Shown: piece after piece, positions 17,550-25,300 of the stretch
Position numbering within the stretch: position 1 is the first letter of the stretch
Layout: each line of letters starts with the position of its first letter
IMG/VR virus record: IMGVR_UViG_3300044591_002232
Location: 62,001-126,000 of that record
Length of the DNA: 64,000 bases
Reading direction: 5' to 3' (one strand)
Translations under genes and position numbers: made by a program
The notes under the pieces: generated by a model
The model's input: only the letters and a program-made list of their open reading frames with translations
What the model was told of the DNA's origin: nothing
Database searches by the model: none

Positions 17550-17734
17550 ATGAACAATTGGATCCCAGTAAATGTCCAATGAATGGCGATCTATAGAAGT
17601 TATTTTCACTGATGGAAAAGGACAATGAGCAAGTTGATCTTGAAATGGGAGCAGATTATTGGATAATGAAAGGTCCTGATGCTTATATTGTTCAAAATGT
17701 GACTCATTGGAAAATGTTAGACAGCCTCCCATAA
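17550..17734 (+). pseudogene. Frameshifted DUF551-like gene
   Basis: MNNWIPV / MSNEWRSIE start and VTHWKMLDSLP end lie in different frames. Confidence 0.45.
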
Positions 17735-17769
17735 AAGGGATTCTTTCACTTTTTCTCGATCCCAGACCG

Positions 17770-18348
17770 CTACCCTTCCTCCTGTCGAATCTGATGAAGG
17801 ATTTTTTTTAAACCTCTCTGATTCGCGTACATATCCATCAATTCTGTAACCATTTCATCTATAAAGTCAAATTCTTTACCCTGATAGGCTCCTTTTATCA
17901 CTGCTGCCTTATAAAAAAGTTTCAATTCGGCCACTAATTTATCGGATAGGATGGATTCTTTTTCCAGATCATTTATCATTTCCGGTCTGGTGCGTGGCCG
18001 CCCCATCTTATGATCCTTTTTAACGCGGTATTTATCTACGCTTATGATATTTTCCAGTGAATTATCGTAAACATCATCTGATCTGTGAATGAAGTATTTT
18101 CTATGATTACTTTTAGGAATAAAAAGTTTCCCTACCAGTATATGCACGTAAAAGGCTCTTGTTACACCATTCTTTCCACATAGTATAACTTTGTTATAAC
18201 TGGGACCTATTCCACTCTTAAAAAATGCTTTCTTTTTTAGTCCTTTATTTTTCTGTCTGTTGGAATATACATTCCCATGAATATCTACAAAATACCCAGA
18301 GAAATCTTCAAGACCTTCTATTTTAGAGACTTCTTTTAGATTGTTCAT
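17770..18348 (-). CDS. NUMOD4/HNH-type endonuclease-like protein
   Basis: YFVDIHGNVYS...YVHILVGKLFIP...IHRSDDVYDNSLEN; GGA RBS and minus-strand TAAATA upstream (about 18371-18376). Confidence 0.7.
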   Translation of the reverse strand: MNNLKEVSKIEGLEDFSGYFVDIHGNVYSNRQKNKGLKKKAFFKSGIGPSYNKVILCGKNGVTRAFYVHILVGKLFIPKSNHRKYFIHRSDDVYDNSLENIISVDKYRVKKDHKMGRPRTRPEMINDLEKESILSDKLVAELKLFYKAAVIKGAYQGKEFDFIDEMVTELMDMYANQRGLKKILHQIRQEEG

Positions 18349-18439
18349 TGTTATAATTCCTTAACCTAGTTATTTATTTTTATGGCAGTCTAAAATTTGG
18401 GCGAATATACGTCCTTACGGCAATTTTTTAGTATTCGTG

Positions 18440-18660
18440 TATAATATATTTGTACTATTTGTATTATTTCGTAGTATATCTGTATTATTTTGTTTTTATG
18501 TAGTAGTATATCTGTATTATTTTGTTTTTATGTCTATATTATTTTATATTTTATAATTTAGTCTTTTTTATGTAGTAGTATATCTGTATTATTTTATATT
18601 TTATATTTTATATTTTATAATTTATAATTTAGTCTTTTTTATGTAGTAGTATTGGCCTGC
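18440..18660. repeat. AT-rich tandem repeat tract
   Basis: Three copies of TAGTATATCTGTATTATTTT and two of TATAATTTAGTCTTTTTTATGTAGTAGTA. Confidence 0.8.
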
Positions 18661-19063
18661 ATAAAATACACAACCCACAATTATATCATAAAAAACAGAA
18701 AAGATCATAAAAAACAGACACTTTCGCAACTGTCCACCACATAAAGATGCTAAATATAATTGTGATAAGAATTGTTTTTTATAATGAACACCCAGGAATC
18801 ATTGATTCGGTCACTGTTCTAAACAAAAGACAATTGTTCTCTCTTTATTATAAACCTCTTACATACTCCTACGGGATAAAGTATTAAAGTTTATAAGAAA
18901 GTCGAACATCGTGTATTATACAATAAAATACTAGGTTTGCCCCAGTTTGGATAAAAAATCCAAAAATCTTTAGGGGTATTTGTTGTATGTGTCACTTTAT
19001 GAACTGTCCACTGGGACCGGTTCTTATGGGTTACACTGTATGAGTCAACCACACCAGACACAA

Positions 19064-19342
19064 ATGGCAACAATTTCTCTTGATACTTTCCATAATCTTT
19101 TGGCAGAGGCCTATGCTGTAGTCTTGAATGATACTCTTTACTTTGTTGGTTATGATATGGATGATTCCCCATACATTGCTGATAATGATGGAGGTGATTG
19201 TGTAGACCTATCATCGGTTGATGGTGAAATTGGAATTGATGAAACTGGAGTGTGGTTTTATCTTGCAGAGCAACCAATTCGTATCAGTTTTCTTATGATT
19301 AAGAAGTTCAATCATGCTGATATTTGTCATCTGAAAGAATGA
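19064..19342 (+). CDS. Hypothetical acidic protein
   Basis: ATG 19064 after promoter 18991. Confidence 0.7.
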   Translation: MATISLDTFHNLLAEAYAVVLNDTLYFVGYDMDDSPYIADNDGGDCVDLSSVDGEIGIDETGVWFYLAEQPIRISFLMIKKFNHADICHLKE

Positions 19343-19353
19343 CATAAAAATCT

Positions 19354-19386
19354 AATCCAGGGTGTTTATACTCTGGATTTTTTTCT
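19354..19386 (+). terminator. Intrinsic terminator
   Basis: AATCCAG...CTGGATT plus T tract. Confidence 0.7.
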
Positions 19387-19409
19387 ATTCTTTATAAAAA
19401 TATAATATG

Positions 19410-19451
19410 GCAGGATAAGTGTCCAGTTTTATATCATTGCGACCCTTCGCT
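19410..19451 (-). repeat. Element B copy 1 (candidate sRNA core)
   Basis: GCAGGATAAGTGTCCAGTTTTATATCATTGCGACCCTTCGC; minus-strand promoter not evident. Confidence 0.7.
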
Positions 19452-19616
19452 GATTTAATTTTGAGCGGGTGGGTGTCTCCTATCGACTGAGTTTATTCTA
19501 GTTGCTAGTAACGCGGAGAAGGGCATAAGTGTGCCAGTTGTTTAAGTGTCACAAGGCCCTGACCAGTCACGCATTATCTCCCTTATAATAAGCTAGTCAT
19601 TACACCATTATCGTCA

Positions 19617-19826
19617 ATGGAATTTCTTAAATTAACCGATTGGCAAACTCGTGAGCCAGTTTACCTAGATCCAAATAAAATACTCTTTATTCAGCAAATA
19701 GCCGAACATGATGATTATCCTCGACGCACTCGTATAGACATTATTGGCAGTTCCCAGATTTTTCTTGTTTCGGAAGATGCTGACCAGATAGCTCTTGTTA
19801 GTGGTAGGGGGTTTCAGGATATTTAA
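19617..19826 (+). CDS. Hypothetical protein
   Basis: Follows promoter 19533. Confidence 0.7.
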   Translation: MEFLKLTDWQTREPVYLDPNKILFIQQIAEHDDYPRRTRIDIIGSSQIFLVSEDADQIALVSGRGFQDI

Positions 19827-19878
19827 TAAAAACCAATTTCACCACATCTTATAATAAACCAGTCAACACAAAAACACC

Positions 19879-20040
19879 ATGGGACCAATTACTTTTAAGG
19901 ACTTTTGTGTTATTTTTGTTTTTTCGGTTATTTTCGTTTTAATTACATCTGCATTTGATGCGGCTCTTATTAAAATGAATCTATTGCAATCAAATCAAGT
20001 TACGGAGTGTGCCAGTTGTTTAAGTGGCACAAGGTCCTGA
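19879..20040 (+). CDS. Small membrane protein
   Basis: Read manually; runs through the promoter repeat. Confidence 0.45.
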   Translation: MGPITFKDFCVIFVFSVIFVLITSAFDAALIKMNLLQSNQVTECASCLSGTRS

Positions 20041-20091
20041 CCAATCATCCATTCTCTCCCTTTACAATAAAAGGGTCAACACAAAAACACC

Positions 20092-20244
20092 ATGGGACAA
20101 ATTAATTTTTCAACCATTCGTACCATTTTTGTTTGTTTAGTCATGGGAGCTTTTCTGTTTGTTTGTATGTCAACGACGATGTATAGATTTATTCTTATGC
20201 TCGATCTAAACTCACAAAATCCAGTTTGTGTAGGGAGGATCTGA
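20092..20244 (+). CDS. Small membrane protein
   Basis: Read manually, 50 aa; follows promoter 20011. Confidence 0.55.
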   Translation: MGQINFSTIRTIFVCLVMGAFLFVCMSTTMYRFILMLDLNSQNPVCVGRI

Positions 20245-20250
20245 AGTATA

Positions 20251-20280
20251 AAGGAGAGAATAAATCTCTCCCGTTTTTTA
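20251..20280 (+). terminator. Intrinsic terminator
   Basis: GGAGAGA-ATAAA-TCTCTCC plus T tract. Confidence 0.7.
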
Positions 20281-20295
20281 TAATAATATAAAAGT

Positions 20296-20349
20296 GCAGG
20301 AGTAGTTTCTCGTTTTATGTAATCACGCCCCTGCGTTGTTTATAGTATA
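20296..20349 (-). ncRNA. Element B copy 2 (candidate sRNA)
   Basis: Conserved core, hairpin ACGC-AGGG-GCGT, minus-strand TATACT at 20349-20344. Confidence 0.55.
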
Positions 20350-20509
20350 AACTATAAAAACCTGGACCGTGGTTGATGGTGTGCCAGTTGTTTAAGTGGC
20401 ACAAGGTCCTGACCAATCATCCATTCTCTCCCTTTACAATAAAAGGGTCATCACCAACGTAACGTGTGATGAAAACCCACCACTAAAATCTCTACAACTC
20501 CTGTTTCCC

Positions 20510-20710
20510 ATGACTCAAATCACTCTAACCTCTGGTGAAATCCTGGACATTATTTCAGTCTTGTGTGATGAAGAGCAGGCAGTTTATGATAATAGCCCAC
20601 ATCTGTCGGCTTATTATCTGAACATGGTTCAACAATTCGAGGCTGTTTATAATAAACTCCAAGAATTGCCTGGTGAAAAAATAGTTGCAAACCTTATTCT
20701 GGCTGCCTGA
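20510..20710 (+). CDS. Hypothetical protein
   Basis: ATG 20510 after promoter 20383. Confidence 0.65.
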   Translation: MTQITLTSGEILDIISVLCDEEQAVYDNSPHLSAYYLNMVQQFEAVYNKLQELPGEKIVANLILAA

Positions 20711-20713
20711 ATT

Positions 20714-20842
20714 ATGATTATCATTTACCGTGCTAATCAGTGGGAGTTGTTTCGTGCTCCCCAGGATATAAACGAGGCCTGGGAGCTGGCGGTTAAATTA
20801 ACTTTGGAATCTGGCGTTCAGCATTACGTTGGGCGCGTCTAA
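20714..20842 (+). CDS. Small hypothetical protein
   Basis: Read manually, 42 aa, followed by a terminator. Confidence 0.55.
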   Translation: MIIIYRANQWELFRAPQDINEAWELAVKLTLESGVQHYVGRV

Positions 20843-20895
20843 AAATATAAAGGAGAGATTTATTCTCTCTTTTCTTTTTATAATAATAAAAAATT

Positions 20896-20937
20896 GCAGG
20901 AGTAGTTTCTAGTTTTATGTAATAACGCCCTTGCGCT
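20896..20937 (-). repeat. Element B copy 3 (candidate sRNA core)
   Basis: GCAGGAGTAGTTTCTAGTTTTATGTAATAACGCCCTTGCGC; possible minus-strand TATAAT at 20964-20959. Confidence 0.7.
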
Positions 20938-21097
20938 TGTGTGGTTGTCTTAAGACCATTATAACGCCTCTGGCGGGCTCCTGGGGGCCTCTGGTGATCA
21001 TTCCTGCTTATGGGTCCAATCAGATAATCTTATCAGTAAAGGTCTTGACTTATCGGTGGTGGTGGTTTATTCTTTAGAAGTCGCTGGGATTCCTCCC

Positions 21098-21766
21098 ATG
21101 AAAAAGTATTCTCTGGTTATTAAAGAGCATGAAGAATACGGTGGACTAGGTATAGTTGTAGATACTGGTCGTAATTATTTTGAGCCAGGATTGGATGGGC
21201 TAGTTGTTGCCCATGACATTCTAGAACATACTGTAAAGCCACACTCTTGTGGTTATACTGATGAGCTTATGGCGATTGGCGGTTATATTGCCGGGAGAGT
21301 TGCGTGTGGATATAATTCTAGAGGTTATAGATCAGCCTCGATTGATGATGTAAGTAGTGATATTCAGTCTCTACTCACTGCCTCATTAAATGGTGATGAT
21401 TATGATTTTACAAAAATTGATAAGTGTAATTCGTATCTGCAGGATCAGTGGATTATGGATAAACTCAGGAAAAACGTAAGAGAAGGTATAATTGAGGCCC
21501 TGGATGAATGGTCTGATGGTGAATATGGTGAAGAAGAATTGGCCGATTATGATATTGATTCCATCGTTGGATGGATCTGTAAGGGTTATCAGATGTTTAA
21601 GAAAAGATTTTCTAATATGTATTCTTATGATCATTTGTTTACATCTATTCGTAAGGCAGCGGATAATTTCCTTAGTGATGCAATTGAGGGACAAACTGCT
21701 ACTTTATGTGTCGATTTTTCGTCATGTAATGTATACATAAAAGACGAAAACGGCTGGGATTATTAA
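21098..21766 (+). CDS. Hypothetical protein with VAHDILEH motif
   Basis: ATG 21098 after TTGACT(21045)-17-TATTCT(21068). Confidence 0.75.
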   Translation: MKKYSLVIKEHEEYGGLGIVVDTGRNYFEPGLDGLVVAHDILEHTVKPHSCGYTDELMAIGGYIAGRVACGYNSRGYRSASIDDVSSDIQSLLTASLNGDDYDFTKIDKCNSYLQDQWIMDKLRKNVREGIIEALDEWSDGEYGEEELADYDIDSIVGWICKGYQMFKKRFSNMYSYDHLFTSIRKAADNFLSDAIEGQTATLCVDFSSCNVYIKDENGWDY

Positions 21767-21852
21767 ACAATAGACAGTTCAACAACTGGCACAAGGGGAC
21801 TGTTTATGGTCCCCATCTCACCCTATATTAAGCAAGTCAACCGGACACGATC

Positions 21853-22104
21853 ATGCAAACCACCATCCACCACACTGATAACGAAGGGTCCACCCCGGTT
21901 TGGATCACTTGGTTTTCACAATCCGATTGTGATCAACATAATGAAGCCGAAGGATTGCGTGAAACTTCTGGTGATAATTTGTATGAACCAGGTTACTATT
22001 GGGCAGTTTGTTCTCCTGGTTGTATTCCTAATTCTGAGTTTTTTGGCCCATTTGTTACAACTGAAGAGGCCGAAGATAATGCTAATGAGGTATTGAATTA
22101 TTGA
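21853..22104 (+). CDS. Hypothetical acidic protein
   Basis: Follows promoter 21773; PGYYWAVCSPGCIP...GPF motif. Confidence 0.7.
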   Translation: MQTTIHHTDNEGSTPVWITWFSQSDCDQHNEAEGLRETSGDNLYEPGYYWAVCSPGCIPNSEFFGPFVTTEEAEDNANEVLNY

Positions 22105-22114
22105 TAATTCGTAT

Positions 22115-22146
22115 AAAAGAGTTAGTTAATTCTGACTCTTTTTTGT
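22115..22146. terminator. Bidirectional terminator
   Basis: AAAAGAGTTAG-TTAATT-CTGACTCTTTT. Confidence 0.7.
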
Positions 22147-22170
22147 TGTTTTTTATAATAATAAAAAAGT

Positions 22171-22238
22171 GCAGGATAAGTGTCTCGTTTTATGTTATTG
22201 CGGTCCTCCGCTTGTTTTCTTTTGTTGTTTATAGTATA
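22171..22238 (-). ncRNA. Element B copy 4 (candidate sRNA)
   Basis: Identical to copy 5 over 68 nt; minus-strand TATACT at 22238-22233. Confidence 0.6.
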
Positions 22239-22354
22239 ATCCATAAAAACCTTAATCGTGACTGATGGTGTGCCAGTTCCATAAGTGTCACAAGGCCCTG
22301 ACCACCAACCCATTATCTCCCTTATACTAATCCAGTCAACCAGACAATTCTCCA

Positions 22355-22738
22355 ATGGCCACTATCTCTGACAAAATAGCCAAACAACTTGAGGAGATTG
22401 AAAATAGGGCTTATAAGGAAATTGATGCAATTGCAGAACAATACTTTGAATCAACTGTTGTTCCATTCTGTAAAGAGAATGATCTAACTTTTGTGGTAGG
22501 TATGGGTAAGATATTCTTTTGTAATGAGAAATATGATCTGAGTTTCCATGAGTCTGACGAGATTCCAGATGTTAATGAGGATCTTTTAGAGCTAGACGAA
22601 GATGATCTTTATCCTTGTGAAAAATATGCTTTAGAGCACCCATTGGCCAAGGAAAAACTAAGAGAGATTTTCGATGTTCTTAACATTATAGTTTTCAAGT
22701 TTGAGTTTGGTTTTAGTGTTCCTAACTTCCAAGGATAA
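22355..22738 (+). CDS. Hypothetical acidic protein
   Basis: Follows promoter 22272. Confidence 0.75.
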   Translation: MATISDKIAKQLEEIENRAYKEIDAIAEQYFESTVVPFCKENDLTFVVGMGKIFFCNEKYDLSFHESDEIPDVNEDLLELDEDDLYPCEKYALEHPLAKEKLREIFDVLNIIVFKFEFGFSVPNFQG

Positions 22739-22836
22739 TTATTTTAATTGTGCCAGTTGTTTAAGTGGCACAAGGTACGGTGATCGTCTGGTTTTTATGG
22801 GTTACAGTTGACTAGTCAACCAAGGGAACGCCTCTC

Positions 22837-23036
22837 ATGTCTTGCCCCTATCAGAACAACGGTTTTGCTAATCGTGGGGAGTATCTTGATAATTTGCGCG
22901 AAGAATATGGTAGCCTAGTTGATGTTCTGACCAACATCTTGCCCCTAGTGAAGATTTTGACGGGCTAGTTACAGAACTGGAAGACGCTATGGATTCTGGG
23001 GAATATGACGAAAAAGAATTTCTCACCTTGATCTAG
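22837..23036 (+). pseudogene. Frameshifted conserved phage gene
   Basis: MSCPYQNNGFANRGEYLDNLREEY...LP continues as SEDFDGLVTELEDA if one C is added at the C-run 22942-22945. Confidence 0.6.
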
Positions 23037-23070
23037 TTAATTTACCAACTTTCCTTCATTCTTTATAGTT

Positions 23071-23250
23071 ATGTCTGTCACACTTAGCGGTTATTGTATT
23101 CGCATGGCTTTACTTGATCGCCGTAGAGAATTGATCCGGTGCGCGTCTATCACTAAAGATGCTACTTTTGATTCTAAGATTAAAGAATTGGATGACGCAT
23201 TGGTTCAACTTTGGTACGCAAAGGAAATTATACTAACTGAAGTAGTATAA
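23071..23250 (+). CDS. Hypothetical protein
   Basis: Read manually, 59 aa, followed by a terminator. Confidence 0.6.
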   Translation: MSVTLSGYCIRMALLDRRRELIRCASITKDATFDSKIKELDDALVQLWYAKEIILTEVV

Positions 23251-23254
23251 AAAA

Positions 23255-23297
23255 CAGTGACCCGCGAGTTCTTTATACTTACGGGTCACTTTTGTTT
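23255..23297. terminator. Bidirectional terminator
   Basis: GTGACCCG...CGGGTCAC flanked by A and T tracts. Confidence 0.75.
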
Positions 23298-23320
23298 AGT
23301 ATAAAAAATAGTATAAAAAA

Positions 23321-23411
23321 GCAGGATAAGTGTCTCGTTTTATGTTATTGCGGTCCTCCGCTTGTTTTCTTTTGTTGTTTATAGTATAAAACACTTTTCC
23401 AGTATTGTCAA
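23321..23411 (-). ncRNA. Element B copy 5 with consensus minus-strand sigma70 promoter
   Basis: TTGACA(23411-23406)-17-TATACT(23388-23383) firing into the conserved core. Confidence 0.7.
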
Positions 23412-23521
23412 GCATTTTATGATTAGTGTTGCTTATCAATCCCATAAGCACCGCTGATCGTTAAAGGCTTGACCTAGTGGGGCTGATCTGGTATTCTTTA
23501 AAGGTAATCGGGTTTCACCCC

Positions 23522-23965
23522 ATGACTGTTTCATTCGTTGATTTTGCAGCTTTCCAGGATGCTCAGAATAAAATTCAATTGAATGTCAGGAAGTATTGTC
23601 TCCAGTTGATTGATGCCCTGAAGGATAATTATCGGAATTATGCTATTCGCGGACATCAAATTTTCATCGATAGGGAAGAATCAGTTGAGTATCATCAATC
23701 TTGTATTGATAAACTGAAAGAGGGACATTCCGACATTGATTATGAAATTGAGTCGGGTAGTAAGTATCACAAAATCATTATGATTTCTTATGGTGGATCA
23801 CGTTCGGTTCATTGTTTTGTTGATAAAAAGACCGGGGAAGTTTATAAATCAGCAAGCTGGAAATCCCCTGCTAAAGGTATTCGATTTGATCTGCGATTGA
23901 TCAAAGATCGTGAATGGTTGTTTGAAAATGCCGATTGGAGTGGTGGTTATCTTTACAAGAGATGA
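23522..23965 (+). CDS. Conserved cyanophage-type hypothetical protein
   Basis: KYHKII...RSVHCFVDKKTGEVYKSASWKSPAKG; promoter TTGACC(23469)-17-TATTCT(23492). Confidence 0.8.
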   Translation: MTVSFVDFAAFQDAQNKIQLNVRKYCLQLIDALKDNYRNYAIRGHQIFIDREESVEYHQSCIDKLKEGHSDIDYEIESGSKYHKIIMISYGGSRSVHCFVDKKTGEVYKSASWKSPAKGIRFDLRLIKDREWLFENADWSGGYLYKR

Positions 23966-23978
23966 ATCGAATAATTAT

Positions 23979-24003
23979 AAGAATCCTTCGGGATTCTTTT
24001 TTA
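23979..24003. terminator. Intrinsic terminator with UUCG tetraloop
   Basis: AAGAATCC-TTCG-GGATTCTT plus T tract. Confidence 0.85.
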
Positions 24004-24027
24004 TTGTTTATAGTGTATTATTATAGT

Positions 24028-24118
24028 GCAGGATAAGTGTCTCGTTTTATGTTATTGCGGCCTTCCGCTTGTTTTCTTTTGTTGTTTATAGTATAACACC
24101 GATCCATAATACTGTCAA
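24028..24118 (-). ncRNA. Element B copy 6 with consensus minus-strand sigma70 promoter
   Basis: TTGACA(24118-24113)-17-TATACT(24095-24090). Confidence 0.7.
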
Positions 24119-24208
24119 GGTTTTATTGATAAGTGTTCCTGATCGGTCCAGGGCTTGACGGATCGGCCCTGATCTGCAATACTTAAAGGGTCAAAGGCAA
24201 TTCAAGCC

Positions 24209-24499
24209 ATGAACATGACAAAAAAGGGCTACATTTTCACTTCTGAAACTGAAGTCGAAAGGGGAATTAAAGCCTCTTCTCTAGCAGAGGCTACCGGAAA
24301 ACTTCCCGATAGTTTTAAGTGGGATGATTATTATGTCGAAGAACTTTATCACATTGCCAAACTGGGTGATAATGGTAAGTGGGAAATCATCGAATCCTTC
24401 TGGGATTATGATAATGCCGATGCAAAACTTGATTCAGTTTGTGATAAGTATCCGAGTGCTTATGTGGAGATTACCTATAATGGAGTTCCTGTAGGTTAA
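24209..24499 (+). CDS. Hypothetical protein
   Basis: Promoter TTGACG(24155)-17-AATACT(24178). Confidence 0.75.
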   Translation: MNMTKKGYIFTSETEVERGIKASSLAEATGKLPDSFKWDDYYVEELYHIAKLGDNGKWEIIESFWDYDNADAKLDSVCDKYPSAYVEITYNGVPVG

Positions 24500-24512
24500 T
24501 TTACAGTAACTC

Positions 24513-24545
24513 GTGGCCTGGAGTTTCTTATACTCTGGGCCACAA
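24513..24545 (+). terminator. Terminator hairpin
   Basis: GTGGCCTGGAG...CTCTGGGCCAC. Confidence 0.65.
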
Positions 24546-24577
24546 CTTTATTTTGTTTTTTATAATAATAAAAAAGT

Positions 24578-24668
24578 GCAGGAGTAGTTTCCCGTTTTAT
24601 GTTATCACGCTTTTGCGCTCTTTTTATTTTGTTGTTTATAGTATAGCAGCAGTGACCCATAAAGTCAA
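24578..24668 (-). ncRNA. Element B copy 7 with minus-strand sigma70 promoter
   Basis: TTGACT(24668-24663)-17-TATACT(24645-24640). Confidence 0.7.
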
Positions 24669-24778
24669 GGTTTTATTCATAAACATATTTTATCAGCCCC
24701 ATAAGCACGGCTGATCGTTAAAACCCACCACTAGCCTCTAGAGCTGCTACACTATGGGAGCAGTCAAGGGAACAACCC

Positions 24779-25180
24779 ATGATCAAACTCACCGGAACCG
24801 CTCTCCTGGCCCACCGTGAGGCCTGCCGTGCTGCTGGTGTCAGCAATGCTATTATTGTTCGCTCTGCCGGTTATATTGGAACCCGCAAGGATGGCAGCGA
24901 GCGGCTACAATTTACCGAGTATTATGAGAATGTTCTCATTGCCAAAGGTGAAATGTTCCGCATTAAAATAGACGTGGCCGAGATTACCCCAGCCGGACTA
25001 CAGCCCGTGTGGGGATATTCGTTCACTACGACTACTAAAAACCACCAGAGTATTGCCCGTAAAGTGCGGGAACTGACTCAACTTACCAATGTTAAATGCA
25101 ATCGAACTGTCAAAGATGGGGTGATTCGTTTACAGCCCAAGGGAACGAATGAAATGATTGCTTATAGTTTGCCCGCATGA
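24779..25180 (+). CDS. Hypothetical protein
   Basis: ORF track, cassette position. Confidence 0.75.
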   Translation: MIKLTGTALLAHREACRAAGVSNAIIVRSAGYIGTRKDGSERLQFTEYYENVLIAKGEMFRIKIDVAEITPAGLQPVWGYSFTTTTKNHQSIARKVRELTQLTNVKCNRTVKDGVIRLQPKGTNEMIAYSLPA

Positions 25181-25257
25181 GTTAGTAACAATCAGTGGCC
25201 CTGGAGTTCTTTATACTCTAGGGCCTTTATTTGTTCTTTATACTTTATTATTTTATG

Positions 25258-25300
25258 GCAGATTAAGTGTCTTGTTTTATATCATTGCGGCGCCCCCGCT
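25258..25300 (-). repeat. Element B copy 8 (candidate sRNA core)
   Basis: GCAGATTAAGTGTCTTGTTTTATATCATTGCGGCGCCCCCGC. Confidence 0.7.

Larger units (their letters stand above)
420..22769. promoter_or_regulatory. Family of 23 early-promoter palindromes (box I, GNCASYT-N4-AASTGNC)
   Basis: Core starts: 420,1129,2413,3906,4158,6060,7240,8155,9135,9721,12899,14431,15190,16415,16868,18717,18991,19533,20011,20383,21773,22272,22752. A -10 box (TATACT/TATAAT/TACAAT-like) starts 39-41 bp after the start of the right half-site in all but two. Confidence 0.85.
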
